In this document: piece by piece, positions 1 through 9,045 of the stretch | Numbering within the stretch: position 1 is the first letter of the stretch | Layout of the letters: each line of letters opens with the position of its first letter | IMG/VR virus record: IMGVR_UViG_3300037467_001726 | Span: 1 to 29,107 of that record | DNA: 29,107 nt | Source of the DNA: a virus | Taxonomy: Duplodnaviria; Caudoviricetes | Reading direction: 5' to 3' (one strand) | Made by a program: the position numbers and the translations under genes | Notes under the pieces: model-generated | What the model saw: the letters and a program-made list of their open reading frames with translations, nothing else | Databases searched by the model: none | Told to the model about the DNA's origin: nothing

Positions 1-813
1 GCGCAGGCGCAACAGATCGTCGTGGACGGACTGAACGGCTTCTCCGACGCCCTGACCGACGCGCTGTTGGGGGCGAAGGACTTCGGCGACGCCCTGCGCG
101 ATGTCGGCCGCTCGGTTCTGCGCGACACCACCCGCCAGATCGTCGAGAACGGCATCACCAAGCCGCTGAGCGGCTTGTTCCTGAAGGGCCTCGGCGGTCT
201 GATCCCGCAGAAGGCGGCCGACGCCGCGTCCGGCGCGGCTACGGGCGCGGCGATCGGCACGGCCATGACCGCCGCTGGTGCGGGTGCGGCAACCGCCATG
301 GGAACCGGGATCACGGCGGGCGGCGCCACGGCAGCGACCGCCATGGGCTCCGCCATCGTGGCCGCCGGCGCCACCGCCGCGGCGGCTATGGCTGCGGCGG
401 TGGCGGGTTCCTCGGCCGCGAGCGGCGGCCTGTCGTCGATCACGTCGGCCCTGTCGGGCGCCATCCCGAAATTCGCGACCGGGACCGACTTCGCCCCCGG
501 CGGGCTCGCCCTCGTCGGCGAGCGCGGGCCGGAGCTGGTCAACCTTCCCCGCGGCTCTCAGGTCATCCCGAACCACGCCCTCAACGCCGTGCAGTCCTTG
601 AACCCGGCGAGCCTCGGCGCGAGCGTGACCCACGTCACCCAGGAATTCCACTTCGACCTGAAGCACGCGGTCACGACCCCGGAGCTTCTGGCGCAGATGA
701 GCGCCATGGCGGGGCGGGCGAAGGCCGAGGCCATCGCGACCTCGGTGGACGCCAGCCGGCGCGCCCTTCCCGGGCAGCTTCGATCCGAACAACTGCTGAG
801 AGGGGGGGGCTGA
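1..813 (+). CDS. Tail tape measure protein, C-terminal part (5' truncated by window)
   Basis: Frame open from base 1; Ala/Gly-rich; lambda-type TMP C-terminal motif FATGTDFAPGGLALVGERGPEL; followed by tail genes. Confidence 0.9.
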   Translation, partial: AQAQQIVVDGLNGFSDALTDALLGAKDFGDALRDVGRSVLRDTTRQIVENGITKPLSGLFLKGLGGLIPQKAADAASGAATGAAIGTAMTAAGAGAATAMGTGITAGGATAATAMGSAIVAAGATAAAAMAAAVAGSSAASGGLSSITSALSGAIPKFATGTDFAPGGLALVGERGPELVNLPRGSQVIPNHALNAVQSLNPASLGASVTHVTQEFHFDLKHAVTTPELLAQMSAMAGRAKAEAIATSVDASRRALPGQLRSEQLLRGGG

Positions 814-817
814 GCCG

Positions 818-1480
818 GTGTTCACCTTCCCCACGGCCCTGTTCGCGCCTCAGAGCATCCGGCCGCAACTGCTCGGCGGGGCGGTCTCGGGCGGGCAATC
901 CCTGTCCGGGATCACCCAACTCGCCGCCACGTCGGGCGGTCCCTTTTGGGGTCTCGAACTCGGCGGGGTCACGCTGAACACCCGCGAGAAAATGAAGGCG
1001 TGGCGCGCCGTCGAGGCCATGTCCGACAACGGCGCGACCTCGTTCGTGGTCCCCCTGTGCGACCGGGGCAATCAGCCGTTTCTCAACCCTCGCCGGACGG
1101 ACGGATTCACCGGGGACAAGGTCTTCTCCGAAGGCACGTCGTGGACGATTTCGGAGATCACCGCCACGGCTTCGGCCGCGGCGCTCAGGGCCACGGAGTT
1201 GACCCTCGCGTCGTACTCGGGGGGCGCGACCCTGGTGGGCGGGGAGCACTTCACCATCGTTCACCCGACGCTGGGCGCCCGGCTCTACAGGATCGGGTCC
1301 GTGTCCGGGGCGACCATCACCATCCGCCCGCCTCTTCGCGAAGCTATCTCGAGCGGGACCGTGCTCGACTTCGACAACGCCCGGTGCGTGATGCGGGTCG
1401 AAGGCGACATGAGCGCCGCGCTCGAACTGCTCAAGCGCGGGACCGGGTCCGTGCGGTTCCTCGAAAGCTTCGGAGCCTGA
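818..1480 (+). CDS. Phage tail protein (distal-tail-like)
   Basis: Directly after TMP; motif ITIRPPLRE resembles alphaproteobacterial phage minor tail proteins. Confidence 0.7.
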   Translation: MFTFPTALFAPQSIRPQLLGGAVSGGQSLSGITQLAATSGGPFWGLELGGVTLNTREKMKAWRAVEAMSDNGATSFVVPLCDRGNQPFLNPRRTDGFTGDKVFSEGTSWTISEITATASAAALRATELTLASYSGGATLVGGEHFTIVHPTLGARLYRIGSVSGATITIRPPLREAISSGTVLDFDNARCVMRVEGDMSAALELLKRGTGSVRFLESFGA

Positions 1481-1483
1481 TCC

Positions 1484-2089
1484 ATGGCCCTCGATTGGAG
1501 CGCCGCGGCGCAAGCCCAGCTTGCGGGCGGGATCGTGCGCCCTGTCGTGCTGTTCCGGGTCGCGACCCCGACTCCGATCCGCCTGTGGGCCGGAGTCGGC
1601 TGGTTCGAAACCGAGGCCGACGTGGTCGAGGAGACCGACAACGCCCGATATCTCGGCATGGGCGAGTTCGTCGGCCTTCCGCCGCTTCAACAGCTCATCA
1701 ACGGCCAAGCCGACCGGGTCGAGTTCCGCATGTCCGGGGCGCCCATCACGCCCCAAGTCGCTGCGCTCGCCTCCACCGAATCCGCCTCAGTCCGCGGCGC
1801 TGCGGTGAACGTGGGCCTGCGGGTGCTCGGGGCGGACCTTCAGCCGATCTCGCCCACCGCGTGGTTGTGGGAAGGCGAGGGCGACACCCTGAGCGTCGAG
1901 CGTGACGGCTCCGGGGCGAACGCCGTCCGGACCATCGTCCTGTCGGTCGGAACCGTCATGACCGGCCGGCGCCGCCCCAAGAACGCCACATGGACCGACC
2001 CGGACCAGAAGCACCGGTCGTCCGACGATCGGTTCTGTGAACGCGTCGGCCTCTACAGCCAAGGGACGACCAAGACGTGGCCGCACTAG
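1484..2089 (+). CDS. Phage minor tail/hub protein
   Basis: Synteny; N-terminal RLWAGVG and C-terminal WTDPDQKHR..DRFCERV motifs. Confidence 0.7.
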   Translation: MALDWSAAAQAQLAGGIVRPVVLFRVATPTPIRLWAGVGWFETEADVVEETDNARYLGMGEFVGLPPLQQLINGQADRVEFRMSGAPITPQVAALASTESASVRGAAVNVGLRVLGADLQPISPTAWLWEGEGDTLSVERDGSGANAVRTIVLSVGTVMTGRRRPKNATWTDPDQKHRSSDDRFCERVGLYSQGTTKTWPH

Positions 2090-2472
2090 CTACGTTCCTG
2101 GCCGAAGCCGGGCGCATTCCGTTTTCATGGGGCGAGCGGGACTGTCTGCTGTTCCTCGCCGACTGGGTCCGGGTCCGGCACGGGGTCGACCCGGCCGCGC
2201 ACCTCCGGGGCCGCTACCACACCGCGCTCGGCTGTCGCCGCATCCTGAGGCGCGAGGGCGGGCCCCTGTCCGTGGTGAGCCGCTGCGCCGCCGGCGTGGG
2301 TCTCGAACCCACCGACACCCCGCGCTCGGGGGACGTCGGAGTCGTGGCCGCTTTGACTGAACGAGGGATCGAGGCCGTGGGCGCCATCTGCACCGGGCCC
2401 CGCTGGGCCATGCTCGGAACGCGGGGCCTGCTGGTCGGTCCGGCCCAGCCTTTCGCGGCGTGGAGGGTCTGA
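2077..2472 (+). CDS. NlpC/P60-like tail assembly protein (DUF6950-like)
   Basis: PFSWGERDCLLFLADW motif with Cys; GDVGVV; sits just before the tail tip gene. Confidence 0.8.
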   Translation: MAALATFLAEAGRIPFSWGERDCLLFLADWVRVRHGVDPAAHLRGRYHTALGCRRILRREGGPLSVVSRCAAGVGLEPTDTPRSGDVGVVAALTERGIEAVGAICTGPRWAMLGTRGLLVGPAQPFAAWRV

Positions 2473-2473
2473 C

Positions 2474-5400
2474 ATGCCTCAGGCCATCGCCGTCGTCGCC
2501 GGCGCAATCGGATCGGCCGCCGCAGGGCTCGCGACCGCCGCCGGCGCTTCTGCCGCCACCGCCACGACCATCGCGACCACGGTGACGGCCGTAGCCCAGA
2601 CCGCGATTTCGCTCGGCCTGACCATCGCGATCAACGCCGCGTTCGCGCCCAAGCTGCCGGGCCTCCCGGCGGTTCAGGTTCCGATCAAGCAGGCGATCCC
2701 CAACCGCCGCACCGGCTACGGCCGGGCTCGCCTGTCGGGCGCTTACATGCTGTTCGAGGCGCACAAGGCTTTCAGCGTGGACGTGCTCGCGGTCCATGAC
2801 GGCCGGATCAACGCGATCACGAACTACTACCTGCACGACGATGAGGTCTTCCTCGACGCGGACGGCCACCCGGATCAGGTCGCGCCGGGGAAATACAGCA
2901 ACGACTCCGACACCTCGGTCCTCATCACCTTCCTGACCCGTCTCGGTCTCCCGACCGAGACGGCGTACCCGGAAGTCATCGCCAAGATGCCGGGCCTGTG
3001 GACCACGGACCACCGGGGCGACGGGATCGCGTCCATCGCGCTCCTCTGCAAGCAGGCCAAGGACACCTATCAGCCGAAGCGCTACCCGAACGGCCTGCCG
3101 CAACCGTCCATCGCCGGGGAGTTGTCGCTCGTCTACGACCCGCGCGACCCGGCGCAGGTCCAGTCGGGCCCGAGCACCTGGGCGTGGTCCGAAAACCCGA
3201 TCCTGCATCTGCTGGACTACCTCACCTCGACCGAGCACGGGATGGGGCTCGACTACGAGCGCCGCATCCTCCCCCGGATCGGCGACTGGATCGCCGCGGC
3301 CAACGACTGCGAAACCACCGTCCCCCTGAAGGCCGGCGGGACCGAGCCCCGTTACCGCTGCGGGGGCGTGTTCGAACACGCCACGGCGCCGGCCGACGTG
3401 GTCAATCAGATCGTCTCGACCTGCGATGGTTGGTTGGCCCAGACCGGAAGCGGCGCACTTACCGTGCAGTCGGGCCGCTATCGGGCCCCGACCGTGACCC
3501 TGACTGACGACCACGTCACCGGCTACACGCTCAAGCACTTCGTGACGGACGAGGAGGCGGTCAACGTCCTGCTCCCGACCTACACGGACCGGGCCAAGGG
3601 CTATACCGAGAACGACGCCGGAGCCTACCGCAACGAGGCCGACATCACGGCGCGGGGGCGTGAGCGCTCTCAGCCGTTCCCCCTGCCGTGGGTCCCGTCT
3701 CCGACTCAGGCCCGTCGCCTCGCCAAGCGGAAGATGAGCCGCCTCGCGGCCGAGCTCAGCGGCACGATGCGGACGAACCTCTACGGGATGAACGTCCTCG
3801 GGGAACGCTACGTCCGCCTGCAGATCACCGAGAACGACTCCCTCAACGACATCGTCGTGGAGGTCTCCAGGGTCGAGTTCGACCTCCAGAACATGGGCGT
3901 CACCTTCGACTGGGTTCTGGCTGACGAGAACATCGACGACTGGGACCCCACGACCGAGGAGATCGACCTCCCGAACCCGGCCGACCGTGTTAGCCCGGCC
4001 GACCTCGTCGCGCCCACGATCACGGACGTCGAGCCGCTCTATCCCCGCGTCGCCAAGCTGATCGACGGCGCCCAACTCAAGGTCACGGTCGAGCCCCCGG
4101 CCGACATCGGCGAACCGAACTGGAAACTGCGCTGGCGAGTCTCAGGGCAAACCCTGTGGTCCGAATGGCCGTTCGTCACGGACATCGACTTCGGCGACCC
4201 GGTCGAACTCGTCACCGGATTCGTCGCCGCGGACGCCACTGTCGAGATCCAGGCGGCCTATCAGACCGCGCAGGCGCTTTCGCCGTGGTCCGCGTCGGCC
4301 ACCTATACGCTCGACGCGCCGGAAACGAGCATCGGTGGCGGCGGCGGCTCAACTTACAGCCCGAACCTGATCCCGAACCCGACCGCGCAGTACGGCGGGC
4401 AGGGCTGGTCGACCTGGTCAAACGAGGTGCTCGACCTTGCCGAAGGCGGGTGGGCGGCGTTCAAGCTGGGCACAGCGACATCTTACGACATCAACGGTCA
4501 GCGTTACGCCGAATTTGCAGTGGACCCGGTCGGGTTCGCCTTCAAGCCGCCGTACCATTGGCTGGGTATCCGAAACTATACTGGCGGACCGACCAACGTA
4601 TTCGCCACGAACACCCAGATTCCGGTCACCTTTCAGGTGTCGAACACGGAGTTTATCCCGGTCGAGGAGGGGGCGGACTACACGTTCTCCTACTACGCAC
4701 GGCGGGATAATGTCCGAGAAGACGGCTATTACCGCCTGAAGGTCGTCTGCTATGACGGTTCCGGGGCCGAGCTCAGCGTCGAGGCCGTGAGCTACATTCT
4801 CAACGAGGGCGGGGTCGGGATCGCCGAACAGGCCAACGTCTTCGTCGAGAACACTTTCACGACCCCGGTGGGCTGTACTCAGGTCAAGGTCTGGACCGAC
4901 ACCTCGGATTTCCAGGCCGACACCGCGGGCGGCTCGGATTTCCAGATCGGCGGCCCGGACTATTACTGCCGGATCATGACGTGGGACCTAAAGCTGGAGA
5001 AAGGGTCGACCGCCACGCGCGACCCGGCTGTAGGCGGGTTGGCGACCTACTCGGACGGGACCCCGATCGACGACCTGAAGCCGACCGATCAGGGGGCGAC
5101 CCGCAACCTCGCGTTCTTTCAGCATTCCGACCCGCTGCTGGACGACCCGACCCTGCTCGACGGCTCGGTCTGGTACGACAACACCGATCCCACGGCGATC
5201 GTCGAACGGACCCTGATCGGCGGGACATGGGTGGGGCCGTCGTTCCCCATCACCCTCGCCTCGACCAGCCTCACGGCGAGCGGACTTGTGGCCCGGTTCG
5301 TGGCCGACCGGCCGTTCACGCTCAAGGCGGGTTTCGCCGACGGCGCCGGCTACACCGCGACCGGGCCCAGCGCCGGCGCCGTCTACACGGTGAAGCGTAA

Positions 5401-5566
5401 CGTCGCCGCCATCGGCACCGCGACCTTCGCCGCCGGCGCACACACCCCGACGCTGTCAGCCGCGTCGGACACCGCGTTCGCGGTGGGCGACCGGCTGGAG
5501 CTGTGGGCGCCGTCGAGCCTGAACGGCATGACCGACGTCACCCTGTCGCTGCGCGGCTATCTCTGA
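2474..5566 (+). CDS. Tail tip / host specificity protein with carbohydrate-binding-like insert
   Basis: 1030 aa; YGRARLSG, VYDPR, WSENP, QARRLAK tail-tip motifs; NLIPNP-starting CBM-like domain after a GGGGGS linker. Confidence 0.88.
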   Translation: MPQAIAVVAGAIGSAAAGLATAAGASAATATTIATTVTAVAQTAISLGLTIAINAAFAPKLPGLPAVQVPIKQAIPNRRTGYGRARLSGAYMLFEAHKAFSVDVLAVHDGRINAITNYYLHDDEVFLDADGHPDQVAPGKYSNDSDTSVLITFLTRLGLPTETAYPEVIAKMPGLWTTDHRGDGIASIALLCKQAKDTYQPKRYPNGLPQPSIAGELSLVYDPRDPAQVQSGPSTWAWSENPILHLLDYLTSTEHGMGLDYERRILPRIGDWIAAANDCETTVPLKAGGTEPRYRCGGVFEHATAPADVVNQIVSTCDGWLAQTGSGALTVQSGRYRAPTVTLTDDHVTGYTLKHFVTDEEAVNVLLPTYTDRAKGYTENDAGAYRNEADITARGRERSQPFPLPWVPSPTQARRLAKRKMSRLAAELSGTMRTNLYGMNVLGERYVRLQITENDSLNDIVVEVSRVEFDLQNMGVTFDWVLADENIDDWDPTTEEIDLPNPADRVSPADLVAPTITDVEPLYPRVAKLIDGAQLKVTVEPPADIGEPNWKLRWRVSGQTLWSEWPFVTDIDFGDPVELVTGFVAADATVEIQAAYQTAQALSPWSASATYTLDAPETSIGGGGGSTYSPNLIPNPTAQYGGQGWSTWSNEVLDLAEGGWAAFKLGTATSYDINGQRYAEFAVDPVGFAFKPPYHWLGIRNYTGGPTNVFATNTQIPVTFQVSNTEFIPVEEGADYTFSYYARRDNVREDGYYRLKVVCYDGSGAELSVEAVSYILNEGGVGIAEQANVFVENTFTTPVGCTQVKVWTDTSDFQADTAGGSDFQIGGPDYYCRIMTWDLKLEKGSTATRDPAVGGLATYSDGTPIDDLKPTDQGATRNLAFFQHSDPLLDDPTLLDGSVWYDNTDPTAIVERTLIGGTWVGPSFPITLASTSLTASGLVARFVADRPFTLKAGFADGAGYTATGPSAGAVYTVKRNVAAIGTATFAAGAHTPTLSAASDTAFAVGDRLELWAPSSLNGMTDVTLSLRGYL

Positions 5567-5655
5567 CGCCAGCGCGACGCCGTGAATTCGCCGCGACCGC
5601 CGTTCGCGCCTTAAACGTCTTAGGCCAATTCCCAGCGTGAACCCCTGATCCAGCC

Positions 5656-5677
5656 GCCGCCTTCGGGCGGCTTTTTT
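5656..5677 (+). terminator. Rho-independent terminator
   Basis: GCCGCC-TTCG-GGCGGC-TTTTTT. Confidence 0.85.
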
Positions 5678-5697
5678 CATGCCCGGAGCGCCGGCCG

Positions 5698-5967
5698 ATG
5701 TCCGAGACGCCTGACACCCACACCCTGCTCGCCGACCTGAAGGAGCAGATCACACGGCTTTCCGAGAGGGTCGGAGAGCCCGCTCCAGACGGGCGAGGAG
5801 GGACGGGGCTGATCGGCGATGTGGCCTCGGTCAAGGCCGACGTGGCGGCCCTGAAGTCGCTCAGGGACCGGGGGCTCGGCGCCCTCGCGGCCATCACCCT
5901 CCTCGGAGCCATCCTCGTCCTCGGGTTCAAAACCTGGGTCGCCCAGATCGCAAAGGCCGCCGCATGA
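5698..5967 (+). CDS. Putative holin / lysis membrane protein
   Basis: 89 aa, coiled-coil then one C-terminal TM helix; ATGA overlap with the endolysin. Confidence 0.55.
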   Translation: MSETPDTHTLLADLKEQITRLSERVGEPAPDGRGGTGLIGDVASVKADVAALKSLRDRGLGALAAITLLGAILVLGFKTWVAQIAKAAA

Positions 5968-6704
5968 GACCCGTCCCCGCTGTCGCCGCCCACTTCGTGG
6001 CGGAAAAGGAAGCGTGCCGGCTCACCGCTTACCGGGACTCGGCCGGGGTCCCGACCATCGGCTACGGCCACACCGGGCCCGACGTCCGACCCGGGATGCG
6101 CTGCCTCCAGAAGCAGGCCGAGGCGTGGCTCAAGGCGGACCTCGAGACTGCGGCCAAACGGCTCGCCCTCAGGGTCAAGGCCGACGTGATCGAAGCCCTC
6201 ACGTCCAATCAGTACGCGGCCCTGCTCGCGTTCGTGTTCAACATCGGAGCCGAACCGGGCTGGAAGATCTGGAAGGTGCTCAACGCCCGCCAGTTCGACC
6301 AGGTCCCGGTCCAGATGATGCGGTTCGTCTACGCTGGGAAACCGCCGAAGAAGCTCAACGGGCTGGTGAACCGCCGGACCGCCGAGGTCGCGCTCTGGGC
6401 CGATGGCGAGCCGGGCACGGTGAACACCGTGCCCCCGTCCTCCGAGACCCGGGCGGCCGAGACCCCGCCCGCGCCGGAACCCGTCAAGCCCTTGGTTCAG
6501 AGCCGCACGGTCGCGGTTCAGGCCGGGCAGATCATCGGCGGGATTTCGGCCGGGGCCGTGGCGGCCCAACAGGTCGTCGAGCCGCAGGCCGACAAAGCCG
6601 CCGTCCTGCAAAACGTGGTCGCCTTCCTCGCCGTGGTCGTCGTGGTCTGCGGCGCCCTGACCTTGGCGATCAAGTGGCTCGAAAAGCGGGAGGCCAAGGC
6701 GTGA
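5964..6704 (+). CDS. Endolysin, GH24 lysozyme with C-terminal hydrophobic extension
   Basis: E..RLTAYRDSAGVPTIGYGHT (E-D-T triad), FVFNIG, GLVNRRTAE. Confidence 0.93.
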   Translation: MRPVPAVAAHFVAEKEACRLTAYRDSAGVPTIGYGHTGPDVRPGMRCLQKQAEAWLKADLETAAKRLALRVKADVIEALTSNQYAALLAFVFNIGAEPGWKIWKVLNARQFDQVPVQMMRFVYAGKPPKKLNGLVNRRTAEVALWADGEPGTVNTVPPSSETRAAETPPAPEPVKPLVQSRTVAVQAGQIIGGISAGAVAAQQVVEPQADKAAVLQNVVAFLAVVVVVCGALTLAIKWLEKREAKA

Positions 6705-7204
6705 CCGCCTTCCGCTTCTGGCGCGAGGGCCTGATCCTGGTCCTCGTCGCAGCGCTCGGCGTGCAGACGTGGCGGATCGACCGGCTCAAGGCCGAGCCGG
6801 TCAAGGCCGAGAACCACGCCCTCAAGGCGGCGGCCAAGAAGGAACACAAGGCTGATGGCGTCACGGCCAGGATCGGCGAGACCTCGGCCGCCACGGTCTC
6901 GCACATCGAATATCGCACCCGAACCCTGATCCAGAAGGTCCCGGTCTATGTCACCCCTGCGACTGACGCTCGTTTCGGCAATCTGCCTTGGGGCTTTGTG
7001 CGCCTGCACGTCGCCGCGGTGTCCGGCGTCGACCCGGTTTCCATCGCCCCCGGGGAACCTGATGACGCCCCCTCAACCGTTGCAGTCTCTAACGTCCTCG
7101 CCGTCGACGTCAGCAACGCCGGGTCGTGCCGCGCCGACCAAGCCCGGATGAGCGAGCTTCAAGACTGGATCCGACAGCAACAGGCCGTGGCCGAGGAGCA
7201 CTGA
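6701..7204 (+). CDS. i-spanin (Rz-like)
   Basis: GTG start overlapping the endolysin stop (GTGA); N-terminal TM; KVPVYV..GFVRLH..LQDWIR. Confidence 0.88.
   Translation: MTAFRFWREGLILVLVAALGVQTWRIDRLKAEPVKAENHALKAAAKKEHKADGVTARIGETSAATVSHIEYRTRTLIQKVPVYVTPATDARFGNLPWGFVRLHVAAVSGVDPVSIAPGEPDDAPSTVAVSNVLAVDVSNAGSCRADQARMSELQDWIRQQQAVAEEH
6948..7151 (+). CDS. o-spanin (Rz1-like lipoprotein) embedded in Rz
   Basis: +1 frame inside Rz; signal peptide with lipobox LCA-C; Pro-rich mature part. Confidence 0.88.
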   Translation: MSPLRLTLVSAICLGALCACTSPRCPASTRFPSPPGNLMTPPQPLQSLTSSPSTSATPGRAAPTKPG

Positions 7205-7206
7205 CG

Positions 7207-8370
7207 ATGGGCCAACGTGGACGCCCCGGCCCCGCGCCGATGGGGTTCGACGAGTGCCGGGCACGGGTCGAGCTCGTGAACGAGTGCATGGACGAAGGCT
7301 TTCCACTGGACCCACGGCCCGGCGAAAAGGGCGCCGTAGCTGAAGCGGCCCGCCGGATCGGGATTTCTGCGACAGCCCTGCGGTTCAGTCTTGACGTGGC
7401 GCAGCGCGAGCACAGCCTCAGGCCCGATCCGGCCCGCCACACCCCGAAGCGTGCCGCCGAGCCGTTCACCTTCGACGAGCTGCCTGACGACGGCGAGCCC
7501 TCGGCGGAAGAACTGATCGAGGTGCTCAAGCTTCGACACGCTCGGCGCAAGGCGCATGAGGACGCCGCCAAGCTGCGTAAGGTGCAGATCCACATGCCCG
7601 GCCCGATCGCCTTGGCGTGGTTCGGAGACCCGCACGTCGACGATCCGGGCTGCGCGTGGGGCGACCTCGAGCGCGACGTGAGGATCTGCCGCGACACCCC
7701 GGGCGTCATCGCCAACGACGTCGGCGACGACTCCAACAACTGGGTCGGGCGCCTGATGAAGCTCTACGCCGACCAGGAAGTGACGTCGAAGCAGGCGCTG
7801 AAGCTCATCGAGTGGCTGATGACCTCGCTTCCCTGGCTGCTGCGAGTCGGCGGCAATCACGACGGCTGGAACACCGAGAAGGGTGATCCGGCCGAGGTGA
7901 TGCACCGACTCCTGAAGCTGCCCGGAGTTCTGGAAAGCCACGGCGCCCGCCTGCAACTGAACCTGCCGGCCGGCCCTTCGCTGACGATGCACGTCCGCCA
8001 CGACTTCCCGGGTGGGTCGCAGTTCAATCCGGCCCACGCGATGGTCAGGGAGACCCTGTTCGGCTACCGCGACCACCTGATGGCCTGCGGGCACCGGCAC
8101 ACGGCCGGCTATATCCCCGTGTGGCACAACGACCCGCGCCGGCTCTGCCACGGCTTCCGTATCGGGACCTATAAGGATTTCGACAAATACACCAAGGAGA
8201 AGCACTTCCCGGAAGGGAACTGGGCCCGCTCCATGGCGGCGGTCGTTGATCCGGACTTCGCCCACGACCCCGTCAGGTTCATCAAGCCGTTCTTCTCGCT
8301 GGAGGAGATGGCGGAATACCTCCCATGGCGCCGGGCGAAGTGGGAACACGGTTACACCCACGCCGCCTGA
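7207..8370 (+). CDS. Calcineurin-like metallophosphoesterase with N-terminal HTH-like segment
   Basis: GDPH, GDDSN, GGNHD, GHRH motifs; GAGGAG RBS before ATG 7207; AVAEAARRIGISATALR HTH-like. Confidence 0.85.
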   Translation: MGQRGRPGPAPMGFDECRARVELVNECMDEGFPLDPRPGEKGAVAEAARRIGISATALRFSLDVAQREHSLRPDPARHTPKRAAEPFTFDELPDDGEPSAEELIEVLKLRHARRKAHEDAAKLRKVQIHMPGPIALAWFGDPHVDDPGCAWGDLERDVRICRDTPGVIANDVGDDSNNWVGRLMKLYADQEVTSKQALKLIEWLMTSLPWLLRVGGNHDGWNTEKGDPAEVMHRLLKLPGVLESHGARLQLNLPAGPSLTMHVRHDFPGGSQFNPAHAMVRETLFGYRDHLMACGHRHTAGYIPVWHNDPRRLCHGFRIGTYKDFDKYTKEKHFPEGNWARSMAAVVDPDFAHDPVRFIKPFFSLEEMAEYLPWRRAKWEHGYTHAA

Positions 8371-8395
8371 TCGCACCTCGCCCGCGTCAATCAGC

Positions 8396-8426
8396 GCCCC
8401 CGGCCTTCGGGTCGGGGGCCTTTCGT
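8396..8426 (+). terminator. Rho-independent terminator ending the late/lysis transcript
   Basis: GCCCCCGGCC-TTCG-GGTCGGGGGC then CTTTCGT. Confidence 0.7.
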
Positions 8427-8456
8427 GCGTTCTGGACCGTCTGCTACGGTCGGCGG

Positions 8457-8633
8457 ATGACCAAGAGTGACGCGATCCTGTTCGCCGGGTTCCTCGTGCT
8501 CTATGCGCGCGAGCACCCTGAGGAGATGGAAGAAGCCGAGCGCATCTTCACCGAGTCGGGCGAGGACACCGCCCGGTCCCTCATCCGCATGGTCCGCGAC
8601 AGCATCGCCGGAGCGCCCAAGGCGCTGCAGTAG
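8457..8633 (+). CDS. Small hypothetical protein (58 aa), probably leaderless
   Basis: MTKSDAILFAGFLVLYAREH...; gcTACGGT -10-like box 6 nt before ATG, no SD. Confidence 0.6.
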   Translation: MTKSDAILFAGFLVLYAREHPEEMEEAERIFTESGEDTARSLIRMVRDSIAGAPKALQ

Positions 8634-8732
8634 GCGGGGGCGCTGTTAGCGGAGCCACACCCCGGACCGCCGCGTCGGTCCTCTTGCGAGCCGGCGGGAC
8701 GGTAACACGGACCGCCGCGCCCGCCGAATCGC

Positions 8733-9008
8733 TCAGCCCGCGCCCGACAGCTTGATCCCGGCGAACCGGCTGTAATCCGGCCTGGTCTCCCAGTTCACCG
8801 CGCCGCACTTCCGGCAGGGCGCCCGAAGGAACGACGCGACATCGCGAACACCGGTCTTCTCGCCGGCGCCGACGCCCTCGGCGTCGAGACGCGCAACCAC
8901 CTTCGCGATCTCCACCGAGCGCCAGTCCTGACAGCCGTTGCAGATCACCAGCACGCCGGCGCGGTGCTGCCGGAGGTGGGACAGGGGGACGCCGGGCTCG
9001 TCGGTCAT
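8733..9008 (-). CDS. Small Zn-binding protein (CxxC...CxxC), SOS-boxed
   Basis: CNGC and CRKC pairs; leaderless promoter with LexA box upstream. Confidence 0.8.
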   Translation of the reverse strand: MTDEPGVPLSHLRQHRAGVLVICNGCQDWRSVEIAKVVARLDAEGVGAGEKTGVRDVASFLRAPCRKCGAVNWETRPDYSRFAGIKLSGAG

Positions 9009-9027
9009 GGTGGAAGGGTAGCGCCGT

Positions 9028-9042
9028 GAACGGAATCGGAAC
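9028..9042 (-). promoter_or_regulatory. Alphaproteobacterial LexA box in promoter of 8733..9008
   Basis: GAAC-GGAATCG-GAAC (GTTC-N7-GTTC on minus); -10 TACCCT at 9020-9015, 6 nt before ATG. Confidence 0.85.
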
Positions 9043-9045
9043 AGA

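Noticed and set aside
220-460. GC-rich quasi-repeats
   Set aside because: Ala/Gly-rich tape measure coding repeats
2090-4075. Long antisense ORFs (also 7159..8376, 13785..15131, 16418..17680, 23662..24957)
   Set aside because: Shadow frames of high-GC genes with no motifs
2474-5566. DGR or tail-fibre invertase system
   Set aside because: No reverse transcriptase, TR/VR pair or invertase seen in the window
5611-5625. CtrA site candidates (also TTAA at 18461 and 20798)
   Set aside because: None matches TTAA-N7-TTAA; half-sites only
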